Part shown: positions 42,480 to 57,590 of the stretch, piece by piece
Layout: the number at the start of each line of letters is the position of its first letter
How positions within the stretch are numbered: the first letter of the stretch is position 1
Notes under the pieces: model-generated
What the model saw: only the letters and a program-made list of their open reading frames with translations
Databases searched by the model: none
What the model was told of the DNA's origin: nothing
Position numbers and translations under genes: made by a program
NCBI GenBank assembly: GCA_009914755.4
Contig: CP068257.2
Coordinates: 28,576,001 to 28,640,000, forward strand
Reading direction: 5' to 3'
From: the human T2T-CHM13v2.0 reference genome, Homo sapiens
Length of the DNA: 64,000 nucleotides

Positions 42480-42660
42480 ATTCTTGGCTTATATACATAT
42501 ATATATACATATACATATGTATATATATATGTACACTTATATATACATATACATATGTATATATATATGTACATATATATACACATACATATGTGTATAT
42601 ATATGTACACATATATATCTATATCTATATCTATATATAGATATAAAGTAAGTTTCAAGA
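42480..42660. repeat. Complex (TA)n/(CATATA)n/(CTATAT)n compound microsatellite
   Basis: tatatacatatatatatacatatacatatgtatatatatatgtacac...ctatatctatatctatatatagatata. The ORFs 42380-42761 on both strands are translations of this repeat. Confidence 0.9.
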
Positions 42661-42899
42661 CTACCTACAGTCTATTTGAGAGAATGGTATCTACTCCATT
42701 AAACACTCAATTTTCTTTATTCCTATATACTTGTGAGATTATATATTTGATTAAAAAGTAAGATATATGTGTACAAATATGTACGTAAACATGTATATGC
42801 AATTGTATGCATATTTATCTACTAGTACATACATATGTATATATAGAAATGTCTATGTCTATCATTTATTTAAAAAGAAACCTCTTTCTCTTGACAAGG

Positions 42900-44236
<1,337 letters not shown>

Positions 44237-45589
44237 TTATCATGCATTGTATCAAAATATTTCATGTACCCCATAAAAATTTCAAAAAAGAAAAAAAAGA
44301 GACAGAAATTTCTCATCAATATCCATTTCAAGGTGCATCATAAGGTTGGAAGTACACCATTTTCTAAACTTACACAATTCCTATTTTGTTCAGGAAAACA
44401 TATGCTTAGTTATAAATAGTCATCCCTCCTTACTTTCCTGCAATAGGAATAGAGATGCGACCACGCCCTGGTCAATTAGATGTAAATAGAAATCAATGAA
44501 TGGGGCACCTGAATAGCAATTTAAAGGGAGCCATATTTAGGTGGTCTATTTCTTTAGCTGTTTATCTTTCTCCTTTTCTCCTTTGTCCTATCTAGAATAA
44601 GCATCTGATACCTGAAGGTAAAACAGCTCTCTGGGGGAAGTGAGAATAAAAGCCACACACTGGGGTTGGTGTAACAGAAAGCTGGAATTATCTGGGTTTT
44701 TAATGGCATCGTGGAGAAGTCTTACCAGCCTTGACTTACCTATGTCTCCCCCAGTTTTGGTATGCAAGAAGAAAGACCTTTGTGTTGTGAAGCCAGGGTA
44801 GGCAGTTTTCTGTTTTCTGCAGCTCAATGCAGGCCTAACAAATGCATTTACTTCTATCTAGGACTTGCAAGGCTTTTTATTTATCTATACCACTGAAAAT
44901 GGCAAATAAATCATGTTTCTTGCTTCTAAAACAATTACCAGTTTTGTCTTTAAACATTGCATAAGATAATATAATGTTTATAGAGACAATTTAATTTTAA
45001 AGAAACAGGGAAGTTAAATAAAACAATGCATATTTCATCTCTGTTATAGAAAACACATTGATCTAAGCCATGGGCCCACATCTATAATTAAGCCATAGCC
45101 CTTGACACAAAGTGTTCGCATTCTAGTGGGTAAGAAAAATGTATATGGATAGCTGTGACACTGTCTGACAAGTGCAATAAATATAATATTTCCAAAGCTC
45201 AATCCAAACCCTTCTCAAAATCATTTTTTCTTTATTTTTTCTTTATTTCTCAAAATCATTTTCCTTTTATCACAGGGCAGCATTATTAACTCAAGTCCCA
45301 TCACTCACCCAAGACTCAAATTTCAGGATCTTGCTTCTCCTTCATGCTTGCAATCAATCCAATTTCCCTTAAATGTGTACCACATCTATCTCCATTTATG
45401 GTACCACTGTTTATATTCAGCAACCACCTAAGAATTATTGCACTAACCAGTTGACTGGCTTCTGTATCCTTCATCTTTTTTAACTCCTTTATGTTTTTAT
45501 ACCTGTTACCACAGTCATAAAAGTTTTTTTCTTTAAAATCTGTTTTTGTTTCCCAACATCTACCAGATAAAACCTAACTCCTTAAGGTG

Positions 45590-46110
45590 ACTGATGTGTT
45601 AGTGAGAGTTCTTCAGGGAAACAGAATGAATGGAGTAGTTATAAATAAAGAGATTTATTATGAGAGGTTAACTTATGCCTGTAAGGAAGCTGAGAAGCTC
45701 CATGATCTGCTCTCTGCAAGTTGGAGGGACAGGAAAATCAGTGGTATAGTTCCAGCCCAAGTCCAAAGGCCTGACACCTGGGGAAAAAAAGATGTAAGTC
45801 CATGTCCAAGTCGAAAGGCCAGAGAACCAAGAGCTCCAGAGGATAAAAGAAGAGAGATGGTCCAGCTCAGCAAAGGAAGTGAATTTGCCTTTCCTCTGCC
45901 TGTTTGTTCTATTCAGGCCCTCAACAGATTGGATCATGCCCACCCATGCTGGGGCAAACCATCTTCTTTACTCAGTCTATGGATTCAAATACTAACATGC
46001 TTCCAGGCACACCTTCATCGACACACCCAGAAAGTAATGTTTTACCATCTTTATGGGCATCTCTTAGACCTGTCAAGTTGACAAATAAAATTAACCATCA
46101 CATCTGATAA
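45590..46110 (+). mobile_element. ERVL-MaLR solo LTR (MLT1-like), near full length. It is the source of the 164-aa ORF 45587-46081.
   Basis: TGTtagtgagagttcttcagggaaacagaatgaatgg...gagatttattatgagaggttaacttatgcctgtaaggaagctgagaagctccatgatctgctctctgcaagttggagggacaggaaaatcagtggtatagttccagcccaagtccaaaggcctgac...tgttctattcaggccctcaacagattggatcatgcccacccatgctggggcaaaccatcttctttactcagtctatggattcaaatactaacatgcttccaggcacaccttcatcgacacacccagaaagtaatgttttaccatct...ctgtcaagttgacaaataaaattaaccatcACAt has a MaLR LTR block structure. Confidence 0.7.
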
Positions 46111-46175
46111 GGCCTATAACCCAAACTAGGTGCCCACAGCATAAGTGCCAGCCACCGTGGGCAACTGGGAGTTCC

Positions 46176-46239
46176 CGGAATGTGTCATGCTCTTTCAGGG
46201 CCCCTCCGGAATGTGTCATGCTCTTTCAGGGCCCCTCCC
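46176..46239. repeat. Perfect 32-bp tandem duplication
   Basis: ccggaatgtgtcatgctctttcagggcccctc occurs twice back to back. Confidence 0.9.
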
Positions 46240-46289
46240 TATGCCATGGGAACCCTTCTATTCTCTTCTCTACCTGACTTGTAAGAGTC

Positions 46290-46520
46290 TTTGTGGAAGC
46301 TTTTCTTTTCTTCCCTGGTAACTTTAATTCTCTACCCTCTCCTGGCTCATAGGACTTTCTTCATTTTTTCCTTCCTTGTCCCTCTCTCTGCCTTCCCTTC
46401 TTCCGCCTCTTTCTCCTATTCCCTCTTTCTTTTTCTCCATTTTTCCCTTCCTTGCTTTCTTTTTTACTTTCTTCCTTTTCTTTCTTTCTTCCTCTTCTCC
46501 CTAATCTTTATACTAGAATA
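46290..46520 (+). repeat. About 230-bp polypyrimidine (CT-rich) tract on the plus strand
   Basis: cttttcttttcttccctgg...ccttccttgtccctctctctgccttcccttcttccgcctctttctcctattccctctttctttttctccatttttcccttccttgctttcttttttactttcttccttttctttctttcttcctcttctccc has almost no purines for over 200 bp. Confidence 0.9.
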
Positions 46521-46707
46521 ATTTGTTGATATATTTGTGCTTCGTAAAAGTCCATGAGGTCCTTGCAATAGGTCACTTTGTGTTACAAAGAACCTGGTTT
46601 TTATTTTTTATTTTTTGATCAAGATGTTAAGATCTAATTTCAAAACATATGGAAATAATTGCATACATTTAACATTACTGTTAAAAAAACTCTCTTAAAT
46701 CCTTTAG

Positions 46708-47015
<308 letters not shown>

Positions 47016-47442
47016 GTATTATTATTAACAGGAGTAATAACTAATACATCAATTACATTACTATGTGACAAGCTTTGTGTTTGAGCAAATATTCAACATG
47101 TTTTTGTTTGTGTGTGCACAATCTGGACAATTATATATGTTGATAAATATATAATGTACATGATTATAGGCATTACATGAAAAAACATGAGAAAATATAT
47201 AATTCGTTTTTTAAATGTGTATAATTTTTTGTTGAATTCAGTGTTAAATTTGTGTAAGTTAAATACATATATATTGTGACTCACTTATATTCTGTCTGGT
47301 TTTTCATTGCCCCAAATTTGATTAAAATTTATTCTTCAATCTTTCTGAAATGGGTTTAGTTTATAGAATGAGGAGTAAATCTAATAAAGCTATTCAAGGC
47401 CTCATCATATTTTCCCCAGCCTTAAAAAAAAAATCCAGAGAA

Positions 47443-47615
47443 TAAGATCTAATTTCATAACATATGGAAATAATTGCATACCTTTAACATTACTGTTAAA
47501 AATCTCTTAAATCCATTAGAAAATAATAATATTGTTTTTGACACAGGGTCTCACTCCGTCACCCAGGCTGGAGTACAGTAGTGAGATCACGGCTCACTGC
47601 AGCCTCCAACTTCTC
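47443..47615. repeat. Partial local duplicate of 46625-46800 (about 100 bp unique flank plus the first roughly 75 bp of the Alu)
   Basis: gatctaatttca(t/a)aacatatggaaataattgcatac(c/a)tttaacattactgttaaaaa...tcttaaatcc(a/t)ttag(a/g)aaa(t/c)aataatatt(g/a)tttttga(c/g)acagggtctcactc(c/t)gtcacccaggctggagt(a/g)cagt is shared. The second copy then diverges into non-Alu sequence. Confidence 0.85.
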
Positions 47616-48439
47616 TTCACCAGCAAACAACCCAGGCCTAGATCTCCAAATTCTGAAATACAAAAATGCTGCCCTTTCTCATCTCAGTATTCAGAAGGTG
47701 GCAAAAAGCACTCTCCTTTTCAATCTTCAACTCCCTACCCCAATACAGATTTTCATACTGGCCTTGACTCAACAGCAGATCTTCTCTGCGCTCAGCATCC
47801 AGGGCTGCCCAACTTACACTCAGAGGGCTAATTAATTCCTGCCCCCTGGTGGTAAAATGTGTTGTCTTTAGGAACGTGAAAGCTTGGCTGCCCTAAGAGA
47901 GGTGAGAGACACCTTTTATTCCGTCCTGAAGAGATAATGGCCACAAAACAAGGTCTGATGTAGTTTCTCCATAGGCCACCCTGCTAGTATAACCTCTCAG
48001 TTACTCTCTCTGATTTATGTTTCCTCTTTAAATTCTGATTCGGGTATTTTGATGATCTGCTCAAACGGCTCTTGGCTCAAGTCATTCAGCTGGGCCCAGG
48101 TTTGATAGCAAATATGCTTGCAGAAAACCCAAGCTAAAGACATGTCAAACAAACTGGGCATAAAACACAACATCGAATCCTATTTTTTTTTTTCTGAATC
48201 TCCAACTCCCAAGTAATGTGTAGTTAAGGAGCACAGACAACAAGTTAATTCGGTGCTCCCCATAATTCCCAAGCCATGTTCAGGGCCCTGCCTTCTAAAA
48301 CTTTCAGGGGTTACCAAAGTATCTCTCTCAATGGACCTGTGCTTCCCATTTCGCTTGCTGAATTTGCAGGGAAGCAATACAGTGTCAAACTGTGGTTCTC
48401 AACCCAGGTGATGTGCCTGCCTCCCAACCCCACCTAGGA

Positions 48440-48525
48440 CACATTTGGCAATTTTCACATTGTGTGCGTGTGTGTGTGCGCGCGCATGCGTGTATATGTG
48501 TGTGTGTGTTTTGAGGGTACCAGTG
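48440..48525. repeat. (GT)n/(GC)n compound microsatellite
   Basis: gtgtgcgtgtgtgtgtgcgcgcgcatgcgtgtatatgtgtgtgtgtgttttg. Confidence 0.9.
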
Positions 48526-50554
48526 CTACTGGCATCTAGTGGGTAGAAACCAGGGATGCTGTTAAGCATCTTATGATACACAGTAAAGTCCCCATCTTCA
48601 ACTAATAATTCAGTCCAAATATCAATTGTGCTGAGGTTGTTAGGCCCTGGTGGAGAGGTTTAAAGATTCTGGAGTTAATCAGACTTGCTTTGTATCCTAA
48701 ATCTGTCTATTAGGTTCTCTGAAACCTAAGTATCGTCATATATACAACAGGAAAAATAAGTTTCACCTTAGGGTGGTGTAATGGCTAAATGAACTCATCC
48801 ATACAAAACACTTATCCACTTATCACAGTGTCCACAGAATAAGCACTTACCATATATGTTGTTATTATCACTAATTTTATTAACACTTCTCAGTTCAAAA
48901 TGAATAAAGAACTTTTCAAATTAAAATGAAAGACATATATTAGAATTCTAATAAAAATGTATTTGATACAAAAAAATTTACATACAATTTTTACCATCCT
49001 GCAGTAGAAGTGAAATGTTTCTTGCATTGCTACTCATTGGCACAATTGTTGGCTTTTGGTAACTTTTTTCATAACTGAAAATTGTTGCTCAAATATTTCT
49101 GCTATACCAAAGGAGTAACTCAGTATATGTGCAAATAAGTCATTTAAAATAGTTACCAAATACCATCAAACATATTATTTCTCTCCTGATTCAGTTCCCT
49201 TGGGTCAAAAGTCCTTATTCTTGGAGCTGGTAGAAAGACTTTCTCCACTGACACTATAAACGTTGTCTCTCTTGAGATATCTTATGTTTGTGTCAAGCTT
49301 GCTATCTTTAGGTACTCATAAAGTCATCAGTGTTTAAAGGAGCAGACCATGACAGGGTCCTTTCCACAGCACTGGGCCATCTCTTGTCACGGGCACCCAG
49401 GTATCTCATAAAAGTCTATCATGCAAGTAGTGTCTTCAATGTCTTCTCTCTGGTTCTCATTTCTTACAAGCGATTTCTTGAATTCTTGGAAAAAGTTTTT
49501 CATAGTAAAAAGAAATAATTCAAACACAGCTCTGTGTCTACCCTACTTTTCAAAAATTAACTCCTCTGCAACTTCATTTTAACAAAAACCTGCAAACCAA
49601 ACAACAACTTTAAAGGTAAACTTTGATTAAACACAAGAATTTACATTCCCAAAAAACAAAGAACTTAATCTCTTCACTGTGAGCTACTAATAAGATAATG
49701 GAAAATTGCTTTATATTTTTATATCTTAAGGTGTACCCTGGATGATTTGTATCATGTAAAGACACAGACTGCCCTGAAAACACATTGAAGTTTCTCTGAG
49801 GATAGAAATTGATTTCAATTTTTCTCTTCTTTCTCTATCTCTCCCGAACACCCCCTCCCCCACCACCCCACCACAATTTAAGTGTCTAATTAGCTAGAGC
49901 ATTTTGTTACGTATAGCATTATTTCAGAATGTACTCATATAAAATTTGAGCATTGTCTACACTTTTGAATGGGTTGCAGTAAATCCAACCCTATGTTGAT
50001 TTACAACTCTTGCAGTAAAATCATGGGATTAGAGCATTCTGCATTGGAATGAATCTTGTAGATCAAAAAACACTGAATTGGAATGTATTTTGTAGGCTAT
50101 TGGGTTCTAAATTTGGATATAAGGAAAGCGAAGGAAAGAAATGAGATGATACAAGTAGGCCCCACAGTGAGAGGGGACTGTGCTTCCTAAACTGAGATGG
50201 GAGATATGTGAGTTACACATGAGTTAATAAACTAAATACACATATAATTGGCTTACTTAAGGAAGAGGTCTAAGATACAGACCCTGTGCATAGTATTATA
50301 AAGATTGTATCATAGACACATGCCATCTGGGTTATTTGTCTAAGTACCTACAACCAAAGTATTCTCCAACAGAGATAATTAGGGGAAAAGACAGGACATT
50401 CTATATGATTTTTAAGAAAGGAGAATGAAGTGGAACAGAGTACTCGTGAAAGGTTCATACTTCAGAAATAGACGGTTAGCTATGGTTTCCATAGAAGAAT
50501 AAAATAAATGATAATCTGTCAGCTTAGATTGCTCTTAGAAAGCAAAGAAAGCAG

Positions 50555-51135
50555 TGTGGTGATTCCGCAAGAGCTAAAAACAGAACTACTATTTGACCCA
50601 GCAATCCCATTACTGGATATATACCCAGAGGAATATAAATCATTCTACCATAAAGACACATGCATGCAAATTCTCATTGTGGCACTTTTCACAATAGCAA
50701 AGACATGGAATCAACCTAAATGGCCATTAAGGACAGATTGAATAAAGAAAATGTGGTACATATACACCATGGAATACTGTGTAGCCATAAAAATGATATC
50801 ATATCTTTTGGGGGAACATGGATGGAGCTGGAGGCCTTTATCCTTAGCAAACTAACACAGGAAACTACAATCAAATACCACATGTTCTTACTTATAAGTG
50901 GGAGCTAAATGATGACAACTCATGGTCACAAAGGGAACAATAGACACTGGAGCCTACTTGAGGGTGGAGAGTGGGAGGAGGAAGAGAAGCAGAAAAAATA
51001 ACTGTTGGGTACTAGGCTTAGTAAGTGGGAGATGAAATAATCTGTACAACAAACTCCCAATACATGAGTTCACCTGTATAACAAACCTGTGCACATACTC
51101 CTGAACCAAAAATAAAGCTTTTCTAAATAAAGAAA
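50555..51135 (+). mobile_element. L1 3-prime fragment (L1PA-like: ORF2 end plus 3-prime UTR)
   Basis: gaactactatttgacccagcaatcccattactggatatatacccagaggaatataaatcattctaccataaagacacatgcatgc...caatagcaaagacatggaatcaacctaaatggccattaaggacagattgaataaagaaaatgtggtacatatacaccatggaatactgtgtagccataaaaatgat...ctcatggtcacaaagggaacaatagacactggagcctacttgagggtggagagtgggaggaggaagag...acaaacctgtgcacatactcctgaaccaaaaataaagc. The ORFs 50508-50741 and 50720-50908 are L1-derived. Confidence 0.88.
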
Positions 51136-52186
51136 GCAAAGAGCAGACCCAAATAACATTTGTAGTACCTGAAGACTTACGTGCAAAATAGATCAATCAA
51201 CAGAGATATGCTGAATGAATTAACAAACCCAAAGAAAAGTTTTCTGTGTTTTTTGTTTTTCACAAAAGACCCTGTGTCTGTCTGATAATATATTTGAGGG
51301 AAGATTCGCATTTTGGAGGCCTTCATATTACAGAAAGTCAACGCTTACATGTATTATTTTTATGTCTATAAAAATAGCGACTGAGCCAACATGAGAATCA
51401 TAATAGTGTTTCCTTATTATCTTCTGTGACCAGTTTCTGTGTCCTTAAGGAGGGGCGATATGAAAATATATTATCAGTTATTATGTGCCTTTGTCTTGTT
51501 TACCTCTCAACCTTCTTGCAAACTTCTGATAAAATATATGTGTGCAATAAATATTTGTTCATTGAGAAAGAAAGGCTATGGAAAAAAAGAGCAGGGAGAG
51601 ATAAAAGTAAGGCTTTGAGTTATCAAAATGAAGTTTTCTAAAGCAAATTTTTTTGTTTCTGAATTCTGGAAATACAAAAGAAAACAGACAAATGAACAAG
51701 CAAACAATGAATAATTTCTAAAGTTTTCCAGTCTTGGGTTCTACCTGAGTATTATTTGTCCCATACAGAAAATCTCACTTTCCCTTCTTTCCCTCTAATG
51801 CCCACCTACTTCTTCCAAATCAAATTAGTCTTTTTTAATCATGCTAAGACACCACCATGAATAACTTATGGTTGTTTTATAGAATTATTTATTGACTTTC
51901 AAGAAGATGATTCTACCTTAACTGCTAAGTTCTGCACCGAAAAATTGAGAGTCTGTAGTCTCTTTAAAAGGCAACTAATTTAACAAGGAAAGATTCACCA
52001 ATCTCTTTCCTGTCATTTTCCAGAAAAAAAAAGTTTTGAATAATTTATTACCAGTTTCCTATTAGTAAATCAACACACGGCATAAATAAATAATTCCTTG
52101 TAGCTGGGGTTTTCCTTGTCATTAGAAATAGATAACCAGGGCCTTTTATGCTTGATGATAAATGTTTTTCCAAATATTTTGATTAA

Positions 52187-52487
<301 letters not shown>

Positions 52488-52542
52488 ATTAACTTCTTAA
52501 ATAAAATCAAGTGTTTACTCACTTTACTCTCCCATGGATTCA

Positions 52543-52876
<334 letters not shown>

Positions 52877-53204
52877 ACAAAAAGAAATTAATTGATCCCA
52901 GAAATCTCATCTAATATCCACAATGAAAGTTTAGGGTAGTCAAGATATAGGCCACACTTTTAGATGTCAGATATTGAATCAGCTATGTCAATGTAGACAT
53001 GATCTGCTCTATGGTAAGATATGTTGTATGCTGCTTGCTATGCCTACTGTAGGCGCTTAGTAAAGATAGGGGGATGGAAATGTAAATACATGTATAAATT
53101 CAATCTTGGATTGCAGGTTTCTCCTCAGAAAAAAAGTAGAAAAGTGACAGTTTTTCATGATTTAGCACTGATTAACATGATTCACAGCTTCTTTCTTCTC
53201 TCTC

Positions 53205-53765
53205 TCTCTTTTTCTTGGTGGCATAAGGACAAACTTTATTGAGAACAGCACTAGTTCTCTTTCTCCTGCCCGGTCTTGGTTCCCTAGACTATCCCGTCTG
53301 GCGGGCAGCAATGAGACCCACTTTGGCCAGCAGAGGCATCTCTGCAGATGGTGGAGGGCTTGCCGATGTGCTGGTGGCTGCCACCTCCCTCCGAAATGAT
53401 GCTCCACAGGGTTCATGTTCACACCCCACCCCGTACTTGTGGCCAGCAGTTCCTCTTTGCCTTATATCTGTGGTATGCCCAGCCAGCCTTCAGGATGGGT
53501 TTGTCAATTTGGCCACCTCCAGCCACCACACCAACCACAGCTCTGTTGGCTGAGGAGGTAACCTTCTTGGAGCCAGAGGGTAGCTTTACACGGCTCTTCT
53601 TGGTCTCAGGATTGTGGGAGATAACTGTGGCATAGTTCCCTGATGCCTGGGTCAGCTTGCCATGGTCTCTAGGCTTCTCCTCCAAGCAGCACATGATTGT
53701 ACCTCTCAGGCATGGTATCCACAGAGAGAACATTGCCAATGTTGAGCTGGGCAACATTTTACTAT
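53205..53765 (-). pseudogene. Processed pseudogene of 60S ribosomal protein L8 (RPL8). It is 5-prime truncated, covering about aa 100-257 plus the 3-prime UTR with AATAAA and a degenerate A-tail. Frameshifts split it across the ORFs 53419-53757 and 53162-53422.
   Basis: Minus-strand translations: ...[94 protein letters not shown] and MNPVEHHFGG... match RPL8 (...[104 protein letters not shown]...). The minus strand at about 53250 reads caataaagtttgtccttatgccaccaagaaaaagagagag. There are no introns. Confidence 0.85.
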
Positions 53766-54879
53766 TTCATATTAAAATGAGGTTTAATATTTTATAATAA
53801 TGGTGCTAGAATTTCAATTCATAATTTGAAAATGTAACAAGCATTTTTTTAAAGACTCTGTCTCTCAAGCCCTCCACAAAATGTGACCTCTTCCCACAAT
53901 CAATTGAGACTTGCAGTGGCAAACCCCTCTCTTGCTGAATTTGATTGATCCACCTTCCATCCTGATTTCCACAGAGACCCTGGGCTGGTGCTGATGGAGC
54001 ATTTTTTGTCATGGGGGAGGAAATGATCCTTTCAGAACATTTAGCAATAAAAGCAGTGCAAAAATAAATCAACGTCCCTGACCTTTCTCTCTCCCTATTT
54101 TTGGCAACAAACCTTTTACTCCAAGTTGTCATTTTTCTACCCATGCTCAGAATCACCTTCTTATTCTCCAGGTGTTCCTAAAACTTCTCCATAAATTTCT
54201 CAGTGGCGTCTCCATTTCTTTCTATTTCCAGTTATGTCCCCATGGCTGGCTTTGAGACCGTTAGTATCACGTATTAATTATTCATCTTCTGTCATCTTCC
54301 TACCTTACATTCCACTACTGGTAGTAATTTAGCTGATTATTTTCTGTATTTTCAGTAAAAGCCTTGTTAAATGAAAATCCTTAAACATGTATTCTGTGAA
54401 CAGGTTCTCACCATTATCTATAATAATAATATAGATTGAGTATCCTTAATCTGAAAATCCAAAATTCAAAATGTTTCAAAATCCAAAACTTTTTTAAAAA
54501 ATTGTATTTTATTTTAGGTCCTGGGATACTTGGGCAGAATGTGCAGGTTTCTTACATAGGTAAACGTGTGCCATGGTGGTTTGCTGCACTTATCCCAAAA
54601 CTTTCTCAGCAGTGACATAATATTAGAAGGAAATGCTCCTTGGAACATTTCAGATTTGGGATTTTCAAATTTGGGATGCTGAACCATTGTAATGCAAATA
54701 TTCCATGATCCGAACAAATCTGAAATCCAGAATGCCTTTGGTCCCAAGCACTTTGGATGAGGGATGCTCAATCCGTAATAACAGTAGCTGTGGTAATAGC
54801 TATCTTTCACTAAGTAGCTACATTATTCCTGGTACATTTCTAAGCTCTTTAAAATATACGTATTGTCTCATTTAGCCCT

Positions 54880-55040
54880 TACCATCACTTGATGGAGTTT
54901 TATTGCAATCCCTATTTTACAGACGAGGAAACTGACATGTAGAGTCTGAAAGTAGCATCTCAGGCCCCATGCTTGTAGGCCTACAATTCAAACTCAGGCT
55001 CTTCTGCCTGGAGACTTTATGCTTTACTATTCTATACCGC
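54880..55040 (-). mobile_element. MIR SINE fragment
   Basis: caatccctattttacagacgaggaaactgacatgtagagtctgaaagtagcatctcaggccccatgcttgtaggcctacaattcaaactcaggctcttctgcctggagac. Confidence 0.55.
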
Positions 55041-57199
55041 TCCTAGATGTGGGAGAGCTAACCCACAAGGTTTACATATTCTAAATTTTAGCAACTGATG
55101 TCAAATTGACCTTAAAATGGACGCTATAAATTTAACTCCCATTATAGTTAGTAATAGTTATAATTAGTAAGCATGAATAAGACCTGCTATTTGATAGCAA
55201 AACAGGTGACAGTAGTCAATAATAATTTAATTGTATATTTTAAAATAACTAAAAGAGTATAATAAGATTACATGTAAAGGGATGGATATCCTATTCTCCA
55301 TGATGTGGTTATTATGAATTGCATGCCTGTATCAAAACATTTCATGTACTCCATAAATATATACACCATGTAGCTACAAAAATTTAAAATTAAAATTAAA
55401 AAAAATAATAAATTTAACTCCCAGAAATATTGAACAATAGTGGTGCTTTCAGTCTTTTATTTATATCTACCTACCAGATCAGGAAAACCAAAATCTCAGG
55501 TCTTAAAATGTGTATTCCTGGGTGTTGAAGGCCGAACGAATGAGGGTCATGATCAACTCAGTATACCACTGAAGGCCATATGAGTAAACAGCAAACTGTT
55601 TCTCATGAAAGCAGGATGTTGGCAAACTGACAAACTGGGTCTGCCACCCAGAAGGAATGCTAAGGGCTGCCACGACCCAGGCACAAGTGTTTCTTGTGAT
55701 TAGGCACATCTGAAGCCTGTTAGCAATAAAGTGAACCTGTGATCAATGAAGCAGCTGACCAATTGTTACCTCCTCCTCCCTGCTCTTTCTACTCAATAAA
55801 TACGAAGGGCTGTAGAAGCTCAGCACGGCTGCCTTTGCTCATTAGGAGAAGGGAGCCCTTTTCTTCTTCCCCTGGCCCCTTCCTTTAAAATAGTTTCTTT
55901 TGTCTGAAGCTTTCATTTCTATGTTCTTCCTCCTTCGTTCAGTCTCCTAATGACAGTCTCAGGTAGTAACAGTAGTAACTGCCGTAGTGATAGTCTCAAG
56001 TAGTAACTGTGGAAGTCTGCCATACCTGGGGGCAAATTTTAGCCATAAAAATATACTGTATTCTTCAGTGCATTAGTCTGAATTGTTGAATGTTGGAAGT
56101 GAAAGAATACAGAGTGGTACTATAGCCTCCTATTTTATGATGGTAAAACCTGAGTATCTGAGGGTTAATATGACTTCCATAAGTTTCCACATAGAAATAC
56201 AAGGTTTGGGGAGAGCTCAGATGTTTTCTATCTTTTAAAATGCTATTTCTGCTCATCAGCACTGCCTCCTATAACCACTTCTTTAGAAATTACACTTAAG
56301 TAAAGGATTTCATGTTGATTATTTGATAGATGTGCCAAAATACTGTGCTGGACATTGAATGCTCATGCTAGAGGTCAAAGAAGGCACCTAGGAAGGCAGG
56401 ATGTAGGATAATAAGTCCTCTTTTCTAACCTCTTGTACTATTCTCATGAAAAATAAAATACTAAGAGAATAGAAAATGAAGGAAAACCCTATGCGTAGAA
56501 TCAGCCCGTACGTTTCTGGCTACCCACCAAGCATACTTATTTTAGCATTTGTTTATGATACAGACTTTGTGATTACAAAAGCAGCCATAGATTATCCAAA
56601 CCACTAATGTGAAGACGAGTAACAGAATTGTGAAATTGGAATGCATCCCAGAATTAATTGTAGATAAAGGCCTATCATGCCATATGACAGACAAGTGATT
56701 GAGGACTAGAGACGTTAAATTACTTGCCCAAAGTAACACTGCTAGTTAGTATCGAAACCAGAATTTGAATTTAAGTTTTCTAAATGTATACATTTCCATA
56801 AAAGTAAGAATCGATCTACTCAACTTGTTCAACAAATGACTATTAAGGGATTATTAATTGCCAGACAATAATCTAGCCATTGACAATTTGATGGCAAGAC
56901 AGATATCTTTACTATTTCCCTGGCATTAATCACCAGTGGGGTTAGAGAATGTGGAGAATGACACCCCCACCTCCAAGTCTCAGCTCTCAGTGTTGACGTC
57001 CATGTGGCGGGAACACCACTAGGAAAAAGTTTCTGACCTCCCTCTGTCCATTAGGCAGGTAGAGGGAGGTTTTCTTGTCTGATCAATGGGCTTGGATATG
57101 GAATTAGGCATGCTTAATCAGCACCTCCTTTCCTTCCCATCAGGTAGCTTCTATTCTGCTCTACTTCTCTCCTAAGCGTGATTAGGACTCCAGTGGTCT

Positions 57200-57590
57200 A
57201 GCACCGTCTGTCTCTAGGTGAATGTCTTAGCCCATTTGGGCTGCTGTAACAGAAGTACCATAAATTGAGTGGGTTATCAATAACAGAAGTGTATTTATTA
57301 TAGTTCTGGAGTCTGGAAAACAACCAAGGCACTGGCAGACCCAGTATCTGATGAGGGCCAGCTTCCTGGTTGAAGACTGCCAACTTCTTTGTATCTTCAC
57401 ACGGTGGAAGGGGCAAGGCAGTTCTCTCTGATTGTTTTATAAGAGCATTAATCCCATTCATAGACGGCTTCTCCCTCATGACCTAATTATCATCTCCTAA
57501 ATGCTCTATCTCCTAATACCATCAAGTTGGGGGTTAGGATTTCAACATATGAATTTTGGAGGGAACATAAATATCCAGGCCATAGCAACA
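57200..57590 (+). mobile_element. ERVL-MaLR solo LTR (MLT1-like), near full length
   Basis: TGTcttagcccatttgggctgctgtaacagaagtaccataaattgagtgggttatcaataacagaagtgtatttattatagttctggagtctggaaaacaaccaaggcactggcag...tcttcacacggtggaaggggcaaggcagttctc...ttataagagcattaatcccattcatagacggcttctccctcatgacctaat...ccatcaagttgggggttaggatttcaacatatgaattttggagggaacataaatatccaggccatagCA. Confidence 0.65.

Noticed and set aside
42380-42761. Four overlapping ORFs rich in Y, I and H
   Set aside because: Translations of the compound TA/CA microsatellite.
45587-46081. 164-aa plus-strand ORF, the longest non-claudin ORF
   Set aside because: Lies entirely within a MaLR-type LTR (TGT...ACA, MLT1-like motif blocks). 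LTR consensus sequences often carry fortuitous open frames. There is no protein similarity and no Kozak or exon context.
53239-53635. Plus-strand ORFs of 104 and 95 aa
   Set aside because: Antisense and out-of-frame translations of the RPL8 processed pseudogene.
53806-54156. 116-aa minus-strand ORF
   Set aside because: No similarity to any protein family I recognise. It is an isolated short ORF in intergenic DNA with no splice or promoter context.
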